A stretch of 64,000 nucleotides of DNA, from IMG/VR virus record IMGVR_UViG_3300029288_000005, positions 29,024 to 93,023 of that record; one strand, given 5' to 3'. The DNA comes from a virus (taxonomy: Duplodnaviria > Caudoviricetes). Positions 27,216 to 36,023 of this stretch are shown in pieces. How positions within the stretch are numbered: position 1 is the stretch's first letter; the number at the start of each line of letters is the position of its first letter. The position numbers were made by a program, and so were the translations under genes. The notes beneath the pieces were generated by a model. It was not told where the DNA came from. It ran no database searches and worked only from the letters and a program-made list of their open reading frames with translations.

Positions 27216-27497
27216 ATGGAATTACCCAAGAACCAGTTCAACAATGTCATTAGGGTGTTGAAGACAGCCCCTATTGATAGAGTTAGACAAATACGTACAA
27301 TGACTTTCAAGACCATGAAAAGATTGGGAGTTGAAAGAGATTTTCTCTATGGTATTAGCAAAACACCGAAGGGAAGTGACCAGGTTGATGTTGGTGCCAT
27401 CGTTACTTGGTTGAATAAGATTCAGCCCAGTGACGAGGCAGCTATTCGACAACTACTTAGCATAGACGCGACTGCTTGCAAAAGGATTAACGAGTAA
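27216..27497 (+). CDS. Hypothetical protein
   Basis: AAGGA RBS. Confidence 0.6.
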   Translation: MELPKNQFNNVIRVLKTAPIDRVRQIRTMTFKTMKRLGVERDFLYGISKTPKGSDQVDVGAIVTWLNKIQPSDEAAIRQLLSIDATACKRINE

Positions 27498-27784
27498 TGT
27501 TTATAGGGTTTGAGCAAGTATCTGCGACCAACGCTGTCAAAACTGCCGACAGTTTGACAATTCCTGCAAATGCCACGGCAGTGGAGATACAATCTGATAC
27601 GCAGAATGTGCGATACACTATGGACAACGAAACGGATCCTACACAATCTGCGGGCATGTTGTTTTTGACAACTGATTGTCCTAAGGTGTTTGGTATTGAT
27701 GATCTTCTTAGAATCAAGTTCACCAGAGGGGCAGGAAGTGATGGAAATCTAAACTTTCACTACTCAGCAGGAAGGGATATCTAA
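27497..27784 (+). CDS. Small jelly-roll-like virion protein
   Basis: VRYTMDNETDPTQSAGM motif, all-beta pattern. Confidence 0.55.
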   Translation: MFIGFEQVSATNAVKTADSLTIPANATAVEIQSDTQNVRYTMDNETDPTQSAGMLFLTTDCPKVFGIDDLLRIKFTRGAGSDGNLNFHYSAGRDI

Positions 27785-29620
27785 GTGCCAATACCCAAGC
27801 CCAATACTGGTGAGAAGAAAGACGATTTTATAGCTCGTTGTATGTCGAACAGTATAATGAACGAAGATTATCCTGACAACAAACAACGAGCAGCAGTTTG
27901 TTATACCCAGTGGAAGGAGAAGTCGGTTAGCATGGACAACAATTGGCTGTTAAGTCAGATCCGAAACCGGAAAGAAAAGCTCACTAGTTTTGGTCGAGGA
28001 ATTACAACAGCAGACGCTTACGTAAAGACCCTTGCTGACGTGGCTGGTTTGGATGTTTGCTATAAGAGGCTCTCAACCAGAACTGTGAGTTTTGATGACA
28101 TACTTCAGAAAGCAGCTAAAACTCTGGTATACTCCAACGACCAGATGGATTTGGAAGCTAAAGCAGATTCTACTTACAAATACAAGGATCTGCTCAAAGG
28201 TCTCAAAGACGTAAAAATACCGAAAAACACCCTCATACTCTTTCGTCACAAGTTGACAACTTCTATAGAGGATCGGGACAAAGACATTCTTCACTCCGAA
28301 GGCATGGAACTCGACCCGAAAATGCTCCTCCTCTGGCAACACGTACACACCATGCCTATCGGTAAGTACGTACACACTGTTTCACAGGACGACAAGAGTG
28401 TGAGGGTTATTTCTGCTATTGTGGATATAAACGAGACATCCCATGATGCGGCTGTGATGATCGACAGTGGAATGGGGCGTTTCAGTCATGGTTTCAAAGC
28501 CACTGAGTTCCAAAAACGAAAGTCTCACAGTGGTAAGGAAACTGGTGGCTTTGAGATCCACCGTGCTGAGATCATGGAGGAGTCGTTGGTTTCCGTTCCT
28601 GCAAACCCGGGTGCTGAAACTGAGGAAATCATTCTCTCACTGGTTGAAGGGGGTAAGTTAACTTCTCCTGTAATGAAGTCAGTGGGTAGATCCATTCGAG
28701 AAAAACGACCTCTGCAGATGCAAGGCATTACCTATAGAGAAACAGTGGGGGATTCCACAAAAGAGCTCACATGCCAGTCTTTTGAGGATTTGAAGAAGCT
28801 GGCCGACCATGGTGTAATTGGTACTAAAAAGGAGAAAGAAGATGAGAACTTGTCAGGAACTGAACAAGATGAGGAAGGAAGAGAAGGCGCCGCATCAGAA
28901 GAAACCAATGACGATGCAGACAAAGCAGCAAATAACAAAACGAAAAACACCAGTGACTCACAAGTAGAGTCAGACAAGAGTGCAAAGATCACAACAAAAA
29001 ACATGCCTGAAGTTTCTAGCAAAGCCTATATTGACTTGCCCAATAGCTATGAAGTAGTAACCTCTTGTTTGTCCAAGTTAATCAATGAGAAGTTTGGTCA
29101 AAGTGCTTGGTTAATTGCTACTTTTACTGGTCGTGCTGTATTTGAAGACTTCAGAGCTGGTCAGAAGAAGTATTACAGTATCGAGTGGGAGAATGTTGAT
29201 GGGAAGATCAAACTCAAGGAAGTGGAGAAAGAAGTTGAGCTAAAAGTTGATGTCGTACAGAAATCAATGAAATTGTTCAATACACTCAACTCGCAAAAAC
29301 AAGGAAGAACACTATCCCGAGCAAATGAAACCAAAATACAGGACGCTAGAGATGATATAAAAGAAGCTTCCAAGATGGAAGGTCTTAGTAGAAGTTGTTT
29401 GGCCTTGTTAAGCAAGGCGTTTAACAGTCTGGGACAGGTGCTCAAGTCACTGGGATCAGAGCCGGAACCCGAAAAGGAAATTACTATCGAGGAAGCAAAG
29501 GTTGTTTTCTTGAAGAATTCAACAGTAGAAGACAGGCAGCAAATGGAAACCCTCCTAAGTGCTATGTCAACTGTGGACAGACGAGCGGAAACCACAAAGT
29601 GGTTCAAGTCTCTAAAATGA
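27785..29620 (+). CDS. Prohead maturation protease (HK97 gp4/S78-like) with N- and C-terminal extensions
   Basis: DRDKDI, LLWQHVHTMPIG (His), FSHGF (Ser), EESLVSVPANP; KQGRTLSRAN C-terminal motif. Confidence 0.9.
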   Translation: MPIPKPNTGEKKDDFIARCMSNSIMNEDYPDNKQRAAVCYTQWKEKSVSMDNNWLLSQIRNRKEKLTSFGRGITTADAYVKTLADVAGLDVCYKRLSTRTVSFDDILQKAAKTLVYSNDQMDLEAKADSTYKYKDLLKGLKDVKIPKNTLILFRHKLTTSIEDRDKDILHSEGMELDPKMLLLWQHVHTMPIGKYVHTVSQDDKSVRVISAIVDINETSHDAAVMIDSGMGRFSHGFKATEFQKRKSHSGKETGGFEIHRAEIMEESLVSVPANPGAETEEIILSLVEGGKLTSPVMKSVGRSIREKRPLQMQGITYRETVGDSTKELTCQSFEDLKKLADHGVIGTKKEKEDENLSGTEQDEEGREGAASEETNDDADKAANNKTKNTSDSQVESDKSAKITTKNMPEVSSKAYIDLPNSYEVVTSCLSKLINEKFGQSAWLIATFTGRAVFEDFRAGQKKYYSIEWENVDGKIKLKEVEKEVELKVDVVQKSMKLFNTLNSQKQGRTLSRANETKIQDARDDIKEASKMEGLSRSCLALLSKAFNSLGQVLKSLGSEPEPEKEITIEEAKVVFLKNSTVEDRQQMETLLSAMSTVDRRAETTKWFKSLK

Positions 29621-29641
29621 ACTGTGAAAGGAACATTTACT

Positions 29642-31282
29642 ATGTTAATCACAAAGAAACTCAAGAAGTGGGCACAAGCCAACTTGGATGTTGCCGCTGA
29701 CGCTGAAGATACTGTTATCAAAGCGGCCATTAGCAAAGCACTTGTCGAAGGTGAGCTTACTGCCAACAAGTATGTCGAACTCACAAAGAGTGAGGAAGAC
29801 GAAGAGGTTGAAGGCATTGCCAAGCAGTTTGGTCGCCTAGCAGACAACCTGGAGAAGGCCATCGAGGCGATTTCGAAGGAAGAGGGTACTGGGGAAACCA
29901 AAGAAACCAAGAAAGAAACCAAGGAAGAGCCTCTTCAAACCAAAGAAACCAAGACTGAAACAAAGGAAACCAAAAAGGAAACCAAGGAAACCAAAGTACT
30001 TTCCAAAATGGCGAAGATGATGGTTGAGTTGGGCGGTGTTTCCGAGGTCAATGAGGAAGAAAAGGCTATTGACATTCGTGTCAAGGAAGCAGTCGAATCC
30101 TATGACCGAACTCGAAAATCCCTCACTTATCCGCAGTTCACCAAAAACATGAAGCCCCATGTCCTTGCTGGTCAGGTTGTGGAGAATCTTGGGCGCCCGA
30201 TGAACGGGCCCAGTGCTTGCGATAAGGCACTGGCAGGAGTTTGGGCTAAGTTCCAGCTCTTGTCTGTCACACCTCGATTGGCAGGATCTCCTATTCGTGC
30301 GTGGGAACGCTTGTCCGAACACGAGAAATCCCTCTTGGCCCACTTGGCTGAGAAAGAAGATTGGGATGACTCGGTTGGTGGAAAGACAAAGACCTGCCAA
30401 GGTTATCCTGGAGGTATCAAAGCCCTCATCGACGATGCCACCAGTGGTGGAACAGAAGCGGCTCCTATCGTGTTTGACGATCAGGTGATCCAAGCCCCGT
30501 TGCTCAACGGTGAGTTGTACCCCTTGGTTACCGTCAAACCCTTGGATCGCGGTCGTCGGGTTGAAGGTGTGGCTACCGGAACGGTAACTAGCAGTTGGGG
30601 TGGTGTTGATGACACCGCTATCAGCCTGTTTGATACTACTTCCTACATTACTGCTTTCGACACCACGATCTTCAGGTGGGAAGGTTCGATTCGCCTCGGA
30701 CTGGATTTCCTCAGTGACACACCGATTGACTTCGGTGCTCATATCACTGCCCAGTACGGTGAGAGATTGCTGGAAGATCTGGATGATGTTATTGCTACAG
30801 GCAATGGCACCACCCAACCCGAAGGCATAATGAACAAGACAGGTGCCACTAGCGTTGCTTGGGGCGGCGCTACCAGCATAGGTAATTATGAATCACTGAG
30901 ATTCGGTGTTGCCAAAGCCGAGCACGGAGCTGCCGTCAAGTCTTCAGCAGTCTTCTGTGGTAACGAAACTTCCTATGCGAGGGCAAGAGCTTTGGCAGTG
31001 GGAACCACCGATGCTCGTAGACTGTTTGGTATGGACTATGACTCTTATTCTCTTATGGAACGACCCTATAAGATCAATGAGAGCATGGATAATACCTATG
31101 CGTTCTACGCAATCATGGCCCGCTACCGCATGTATCGTCGTAAGGGACTTACCGTTCGAACCAGCACCGAAGGCGATACACTTATGCGTCGTAATGAGAT
31201 GCTCATTATCGCCATGGCTCGTTATGGTGGTCAAATGGAACGGGGTGCCTGTGTTGCTTATACAACCTCAGCACCGGCCTAA
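29642..31282 (+). CDS. Major capsid protein (HK97 fold) with long N-terminal scaffold/delta region
   Basis: K-ALIDDATSGG..AAP, GNGTTQPEGI, ARYGG; follows the protease. Confidence 0.92.
   Translation: MLITKKLKKWAQANLDVAADAEDTVIKAAISKALVEGELTANKYVELTKSEEDEEVEGIAKQFGRLADNLEKAIEAISKEEGTGETKETKKETKEEPLQTKETKTETKETKKETKETKVLSKMAKMMVELGGVSEVNEEEKAIDIRVKEAVESYDRTRKSLTYPQFTKNMKPHVLAGQVVENLGRPMNGPSACDKALAGVWAKFQLLSVTPRLAGSPIRAWERLSEHEKSLLAHLAEKEDWDDSVGGKTKTCQGYPGGIKALIDDATSGGTEAAPIVFDDQVIQAPLLNGELYPLVTVKPLDRGRRVEGVATGTVTSSWGGVDDTAISLFDTTSYITAFDTTIFRWEGSIRLGLDFLSDTPIDFGAHITAQYGERLLEDLDDVIATGNGTTQPEGIMNKTGATSVAWGGATSIGNYESLRFGVAKAEHGAAVKSSAVFCGNETSYARARALAVGTTDARRLFGMDYDSYSLMERPYKINESMDNTYAFYAIMARYRMYRRKGLTVRTSTEGDTLMRRNEMLIIAMARYGGQMERGACVAYTTSAPA
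29893..29996 (+). repeat. Imperfect (K)ETK low-complexity repeat in the capsid scaffold region
   Basis: ETKETKKETKEEPLQTKETKTETKETKKETKETK. Confidence 0.8.
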
Positions 31283-31324
31283 GCAAAAGTTGTTTCGGTG
31301 AGCAATGGTGCTCATCATCGCAAA

Positions 31325-31361
31325 CCATCTTGGGAGGTCCGTTCTTCGCCTCCCAAGATGG
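31325..31361 (+). terminator. Stem-loop after the capsid gene (terminator or mRNA stabiliser)
   Basis: Perfect 13-bp stem ccatcttgggagg/cctcccaagatgg; weak U tract. Confidence 0.55.
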
Positions 31362-31403
31362 ATATTTACAAGGAAGAACAAACTCAATTAGGAGAACATA
31401 AAA

Positions 31404-32003
31404 ATGCCAGCAGTAAAAGAAATCGTTATTGCACCTTTCACCGTCGAAGCAGATCACCCACGTAACAGTGATCTGTTGTTACAGGCCATACCCAATTGTC
31501 GGTTGCGGTCGGCAATCACGGCTAGTCGAACAACAATCGTAAACAACCAGAGTCAAAACAACGAGCCGGTCATACCCAAGGATCAGGCTCGCCATTTGGG
31601 AGCATTGCCCCCTATCCCCGGCATGCGTTTGACAGTGAATCCCTCAAACCTTACGTATGAGGTTTCGGATCCTCTGCACGCAGATGAGGATATGTGCCGA
31701 CGAGTAGAAAGTGCACTCAAGTCAGATGATCGTCCCCTTGTGTTTGACAAGATCCGTGGTGTTCCCCCACGAAAAGGAGAGTTGGATGTTCATCGAATGA
31801 AGACGCTGTGCCGCGAAATCGTTTGGCTATTGAAAGAAAAGCATGTAAAGATGGTTAGTGGCCCAGAAATCAGTCTTGAGGACGTTGATGAACTCCCAGG
31901 CAAGTTCCTTTTGAATCCGGGTAGTCGGGTTCCCAATACTCAACCACACTTCGAAGAGGATGTTCCTGAGTATATCAATAATCTTCGAAAGACAGGTGGT
32001 TGA
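31404..32003 (+). CDS. Hypothetical protein
   Basis: AGGAG RBS; position after MCP. Confidence 0.7.
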   Translation: MPAVKEIVIAPFTVEADHPRNSDLLLQAIPNCRLRSAITASRTTIVNNQSQNNEPVIPKDQARHLGALPPIPGMRLTVNPSNLTYEVSDPLHADEDMCRRVESALKSDDRPLVFDKIRGVPPRKGELDVHRMKTLCREIVWLLKEKHVKMVSGPEISLEDVDELPGKFLLNPGSRVPNTQPHFEEDVPEYINNLRKTGG

Positions 32004-32472
32004 TAGTTTGGGCCCATTTTCCCCGCAAGTACAAGCTGCTTACGAACGAAGACGAAGAAATCAAGCAGCTAGTGGAGCTAGATTAGAATGGTTTATCAGC
32101 GAAGTCATGGAAAAGACAAGAATGACCCTGCGAAAGCGGGTCAATGTAGCAACACAGTACTTGCGGGATAAAGTGGTTAGAAACATAAGTGTTCCAGTTG
32201 TTAAAGAACAAATAAGAGGAAAAACAAGGGTTACAGAACGATCCAAAAAAGGAGAGTTCCCCAGAACCGATACAACACTGTTGAGAAAGACCATATTCTC
32301 CGAAGTGCGTGGAATTGGTGACATAGTGGATGGTTACATTGGAACTCCTTTGAAGTACGGATTGATTCTGGAAACAAGCAAGTTACTGGATCGCTCATAC
32401 TTGTTGAGGACTCTAAACGAAGAGCGACTTACAATCAGCAGGATGATTGACGGCCCAATAGTACGGGAGTAG
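31960..32472 (+). CDS. Tail completion/neck protein (HK97 gp10-like); true start probably further downstream
   Basis: SKKGEFPRTDTTLLRKTI, GTPLKYGLILE, RSYL. Confidence 0.7.
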   Translation: MFLSISIIFERQVVDSLGPFSPQVQAAYERRRRNQAASGARLEWFISEVMEKTRMTLRKRVNVATQYLRDKVVRNISVPVVKEQIRGKTRVTERSKKGEFPRTDTTLLRKTIFSEVRGIGDIVDGYIGTPLKYGLILETSKLLDRSYLLRTLNEERLTISRMIDGPIVRE

Positions 32473-32474
32473 AA

Positions 32475-32954
32475 GTGGTAGTAGCATCAGCAGACTTTCA
32501 GACAGCAATAGTAGAAGCCTGGAATGGTAGCGTGCTGAATGATGTCTTTGCTGCGCTAGGAGGAGAGACACCTTTGTTATGGGAAGGCATTGCTCCTCCG
32601 GGACAACCATTTCCTTACTGTGTAATGGAAGTTGCAGATAACAGTAGGGTTGCAAGGATGTCAGCTTCTTCGGGAACCCGAGAAGTCAGGAATGTTACAC
32701 ACAAGTTTAGTGTACTGGCAAAAGAAGTTGTTGGAGATAGTCGAACAGCAAAAGAGATAGCAGTATATTTGGCGGAAGAAATAATGAAGGTTTTTGGTGG
32801 ACACCCCACCCAAGCGCCATCAGAAATCACTTTGGACAATGGGAATCTTGTGACTGTTGACTTTGAAAATGACTTTGGGGTAAAAGTAGACGAACAGATT
32901 TACCAATGGGATATAAACTATATCTTCATGGTTGACGTCCCAGTAGCAGGGTAA
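32475..32954 (+). CDS. Tail terminator (DUF3168/gp17-like)
   Basis: APPGQPFPYCV motif; position before tail tube. Confidence 0.7.
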   Translation: MVVASADFQTAIVEAWNGSVLNDVFAALGGETPLLWEGIAPPGQPFPYCVMEVADNSRVARMSASSGTREVRNVTHKFSVLAKEVVGDSRTAKEIAVYLAEEIMKVFGGHPTQAPSEITLDNGNLVTVDFENDFGVKVDEQIYQWDINYIFMVDVPVAG

Positions 32955-32956
32955 AA

Positions 32957-33118
32957 ATGAATATGAAACAAACACTTATCACTGTCCTCAAAGAAACAGC
33001 AGAAACTTTGAGGGGAATAAAGTTCAACCCTTACCACGACTCCTCTGGTAGATTCTCTACAGGAGGCTCGGGTGGTCCTAAGTTAGCACCCGATACAGGG
33101 GGAGGCACTGGAGGTGGA
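32957..33118 (+). repeat. Dispersed leader cassette, copy 7 (full)
   Basis: MKQTLITVLKETAETLRGIKFNPYHDSSGRFSTGGSGGPKLAPDTGGGTGGG. Confidence 0.95.
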
Positions 33119-33571
33119 GGAAAACCTGCAAAAAAACCACCCAAGTTGATGGATATTGATGAGGACACTGGTTTGGTGGTTAAGCCTTCCAGTTCACCTC
33201 CCAAGTTTAACGCACCAACTGAGAGGGGAAGAACCTTACAGAAAAGTAGCTACTATTCTTCTAAATCCGCTATGGATTTAAGTTCAAAAACAAATAATAG
33301 TAGGGCGGTACAGTTATCAAACAAAGCTATGGAAGCCTCTACAAAAGCAGCTTCTTCTGGCAATAACCCCAAAATTGCCAGCAAATATCATAACAAGGCT
33401 GCTGAATTACATGAGCAAGCAGAGATGATACACGTGGAAGAGTATCCCGCAGCAAAGAATTCCAAGAAAAAACTGGCACACGCAAAAGCTGAGTCCGCTC
33501 ATAAAAAAGCGGCTGATCTACACAGACAAGCAGCAACTGCTTTGAGTAATACCATTGAGTACTTTGAATAA
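32957..33571 (+). CDS. Leader-cassette protein 7: His/Ala-rich helical cargo
   Basis: Full leader; HNKAAELH, HAKAESAH, HKKAADLH repeats. Confidence 0.85.
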   Translation: MNMKQTLITVLKETAETLRGIKFNPYHDSSGRFSTGGSGGPKLAPDTGGGTGGGGKPAKKPPKLMDIDEDTGLVVKPSSSPPKFNAPTERGRTLQKSSYYSSKSAMDLSSKTNNSRAVQLSNKAMEASTKAASSGNNPKIASKYHNKAAELHEQAEMIHVEEYPAAKNSKKKLAHAKAESAHKKAADLHRQAATALSNTIEYFE

Positions 33572-33585
33572 AATGGGTATATAAA

Positions 33586-34479
33586 ATGACACGAAGCGTA
33601 TCAGGACCAAAGATCAATGTCAAACTCTCAGGTACTTATCAGAATGCCCTAAATGATGCTGCCATTGTTTCAATCACACAGCCCACTCTAAACTATACCA
33701 AGACCTTAACGAACGGGGTTAGTGCAAGTCAGATCAATCGTATCTGGGAGAGTCGCAACAGGGTATTGGCTAATGCCACACAAGAAATAATTGATCTCTT
33801 CCACTTTACTGGTGTTGACATAGGAGCCGGTGATGGAAAAGATGCTTTGGGACTTGATTTAGAGATAGAAGAGATAGTAGCCATTGCTATCGTAAATGAG
33901 AATCTTGTTACTGATTCTGGACAGTTGGAAATACTCCCATCTAACTCAAGGGGTTGGCAAGGAATTGGGACACACACAGTGGCCACAGGAGGAGCTCTGC
34001 ATGGGCAAGGGTGTCTATTCAAGTCAGATGTTAGTGAAGCTGGTTTTGATATTGAAGGAATCAATAGTAGAATTACACTAAGAGCCAGTGGTGGTTCTGT
34101 AACATACTCAATTTATGTTATGGGCAGAAGTGATGATGAGGAATCCTCCTCATCCAGCAGTTCCACTTCTTCAATGAGTACATCTTCCACAAGTGGTAGC
34201 AGCTCATCGTCGTCTAGTGTATCTAGTATATCCACCAGTTCGGAAAGCTCTTCAAGTAGTAGTATATCTACCAGTAGTATATCTACTAGTAGTGCATCTA
34301 CCAGCATTTCTTCTCTTAGTAGCAAGTCGTCGAAGAGTTCTTCTAGCAGTAGTTTGTCAGGCAGTAGTTTGTCTTCAAGTAGTACTAGTAGCAAGTCGTC
34401 TGCCAGTTCATTGTCGGCAAGCTCTAATAGTAGTTCGTCACAGAGCGAATCCTCCAGCAGCATTTCATTAGGTATATGA
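33586..34479 (+). CDS. Virion protein with a poly-Ser tail of about 105 aa
   Basis: Beta-rich domain, then Ser tract from about 34144. Confidence 0.75.
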   Translation: MTRSVSGPKINVKLSGTYQNALNDAAIVSITQPTLNYTKTLTNGVSASQINRIWESRNRVLANATQEIIDLFHFTGVDIGAGDGKDALGLDLEIEEIVAIAIVNENLVTDSGQLEILPSNSRGWQGIGTHTVATGGALHGQGCLFKSDVSEAGFDIEGINSRITLRASGGSVTYSIYVMGRSDDEESSSSSSSTSSMSTSSTSGSSSSSSSVSSISTSSESSSSSSISTSSISTSSASTSISSLSSKSSKSSSSSSLSGSSLSSSSTSSKSSASSLSASSNSSSSQSESSSSISLGI

Positions 34480-34503
34480 AATTAGAAGGAAAGGAAATAC
34501 ACA

Positions 34504-34935
34504 ATGTCAGGTGAAAACACTCTATCAGGAAAAACTGGAAAGTTTGTAGTAGGTACTACACAAGTAGCCAGAACCACACAATGGGCGGTTAGCGAGAAGT
34601 TGGCTTCCACAAGTGAGTGGGGAGACAGTGACTCGGAAGGTTACACCAACCGATTGGGTGGTAGAAAAGACGCAACATTTACAACAGAAGGCAAGTTCGA
34701 TACCAATGATGAGGTATACGATCTGTTTGATATTGATGATATTGCGATTGCTGTGTTGTGGTTGAACGCCTCCGCACTATACTGGGACTTCCCTCGTGCG
34801 ATCTGTACCGACTTCGGTCTAACAGTAAACGTTGATACAGGTGAAGTAATTGGATGGACATCAAGTTGGGGAGCTGATGGCAAGTTCTATCACCCCGGAC
34901 AATCAGGTGCTACATCCCGTACATTGCCTTCGTAA
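34504..34935 (+). CDS. Major tail (tube) protein
   Basis: SGKTGKFVVG, GGRKDATFTTEG, TVNVDTGEVIGW; directly before the chaperone and tape measure. Confidence 0.8.
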   Translation: MSGENTLSGKTGKFVVGTTQVARTTQWAVSEKLASTSEWGDSDSEGYTNRLGGRKDATFTTEGKFDTNDEVYDLFDIDDIAIAVLWLNASALYWDFPRAICTDFGLTVNVDTGEVIGWTSSWGADGKFYHPGQSGATSRTLPS

Positions 34936-34974
34936 CTCACTTAATATCACCACCTGACTAAAAGGAGAAGAACT

Positions 34975-35610
34975 ATGTCAGAAGATACAGCTAGGGCGTT
35001 GAAAGCGCCTAGCCCACTAACGATTAAGTTTGGCAAAAAAGAATGCTCCGTTCGACCCCTGTCACTTGTAGAACTGGCAGAGGCTGAACGGATTTGCATT
35101 AACCAGTACCGACAAGACTACCTGAGGGTATGGCGAGAACAAACAAAAGATCTGCCTAACGGTATACACATATACTTGGACAAGGTGGAGATGGCTGCCA
35201 AGTGGGACGTCAGCGATCTTCCTCCAAAACAAGCGTTTGATGCAACATCGGTTAAGGTTACAGATGAGCTAAAGAGATATTTGGCTGAGGCATTTTCGCT
35301 AGACCAATCAGCTCTAATGGATGCCCGGGCGAGAGCATTGACTGTAACTTTACTGGACCAGAAGAATCTGACAGTGGAGCAGTACAAGAAACTAACAGGG
35401 CGATCCATTCAACCATTGAAGATTCCTTATGTGGGTTGGTGGGCGACTGGATCGTTTGATGGCTCAATTAGTTTTGTGTGGTTGTGTTTCCGTAAGTATG
35501 GAGTTACCAAGGAAGAAGTCATGCAGAAGATGTCAGAAGATCCCGCTTTGCTAGCAGAAGTTAGTAGGGAACTTGAAAGGATTAGCTCACCCGACTTAAA
35601 AAATGGATAG
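34975..35610 (+). CDS. Tail assembly chaperone (G-like)
   Basis: Between tail tube and tape measure; slippery site at its 3' end. Confidence 0.75.
   Translation: MSEDTARALKAPSPLTIKFGKKECSVRPLSLVELAEAERICINQYRQDYLRVWREQTKDLPNGIHIYLDKVEMAAKWDVSDLPPKQAFDATSVKVTDELKRYLAEAFSLDQSALMDARARALTVTLLDQKNLTVEQYKKLTGRSIQPLKIPYVGWWATGSFDGSISFVWLCFRKYGVTKEEVMQKMSEDPALLAEVSRELERISSPDLKNG
35598..35604 (+). other. Programmed -1 frameshift slippery heptamer A AAA AAT
   Basis: In frame just before the stop; the -1 frame is open from here through ORF 35664-36023. Confidence 0.75.
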
Positions 35611-36023
35611 GGCTCACCACACCAGAAGAAGAGGATGGTGAGCCTAGAGAACTGCCCATCGGTTTGCTTTACGGCATAGGTCCGAGAGAGATTCAAATAC
35701 TGTGCGACGATCCTTGGTATGGAGGGAAAGGAAAGAGCCTAGAAGAAGTATCTGCAATGTCTCTGGATCAAGTCTTTATGTTGTTGACCGACAGGAAAAA
35801 TCTTAGAGGGATACGTGGTAGAGTTAGAACAGACTCTCCAGTAGGCGTGTCCACAATGGCCAACCACAATGGTTTTATTTCAGGTATTGCGGCAGACGGT
35901 ACAAAGATGAAGGCAAAGATAGTGGGTAAGTCTTTGGCCAGCAGATTGAGGGAAGAGCAGGAGCAAAAGGAAAAGGAAAAGCGAGAAAAGAAGGGTGGAA
36001 GGAGACGCAGACATGGGTCTTGA
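35598..36023 (+). CDS. Tail assembly chaperone extension (T-like, made by frameshift)
   Basis: -1 frame KKWIGLTTPEEEDGEPRELPIGLLYGIGPREI...MSLDQV. Confidence 0.7.
   Translation, partial: KKWIGLTTPEEEDGEPRELPIGLLYGIGPREIQILCDDPWYGGKGKSLEEVSAMSLDQVFMLLTDRKNLRGIRGRVRTDSPVGVSTMANHNGFISGIAADGTKMKAKIVGKSLASRLREEQEQKEKEKREKKGGRRRRHGS

Noticed and set aside
26696-27261. Leu/Val-rich alternative-frame ORFs over Ser tracts (also 34113-34471, 43536-43892)
   Set aside because: By-products of low-complexity Ser codons lacking stops in other frames.
29837-30817. 326-aa minus-strand ORF
   Set aside because: Antisense shadow of the major capsid gene; no motifs or RBS.
8937-33118. Leader repeats as IS/MITE, intein or CRISPR repeats
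   Set aside because: No terminal inverted repeats, target duplications, transposase, intein C...HN motifs or regular spacing; variation is codon-structured, indicating protein-level selection.
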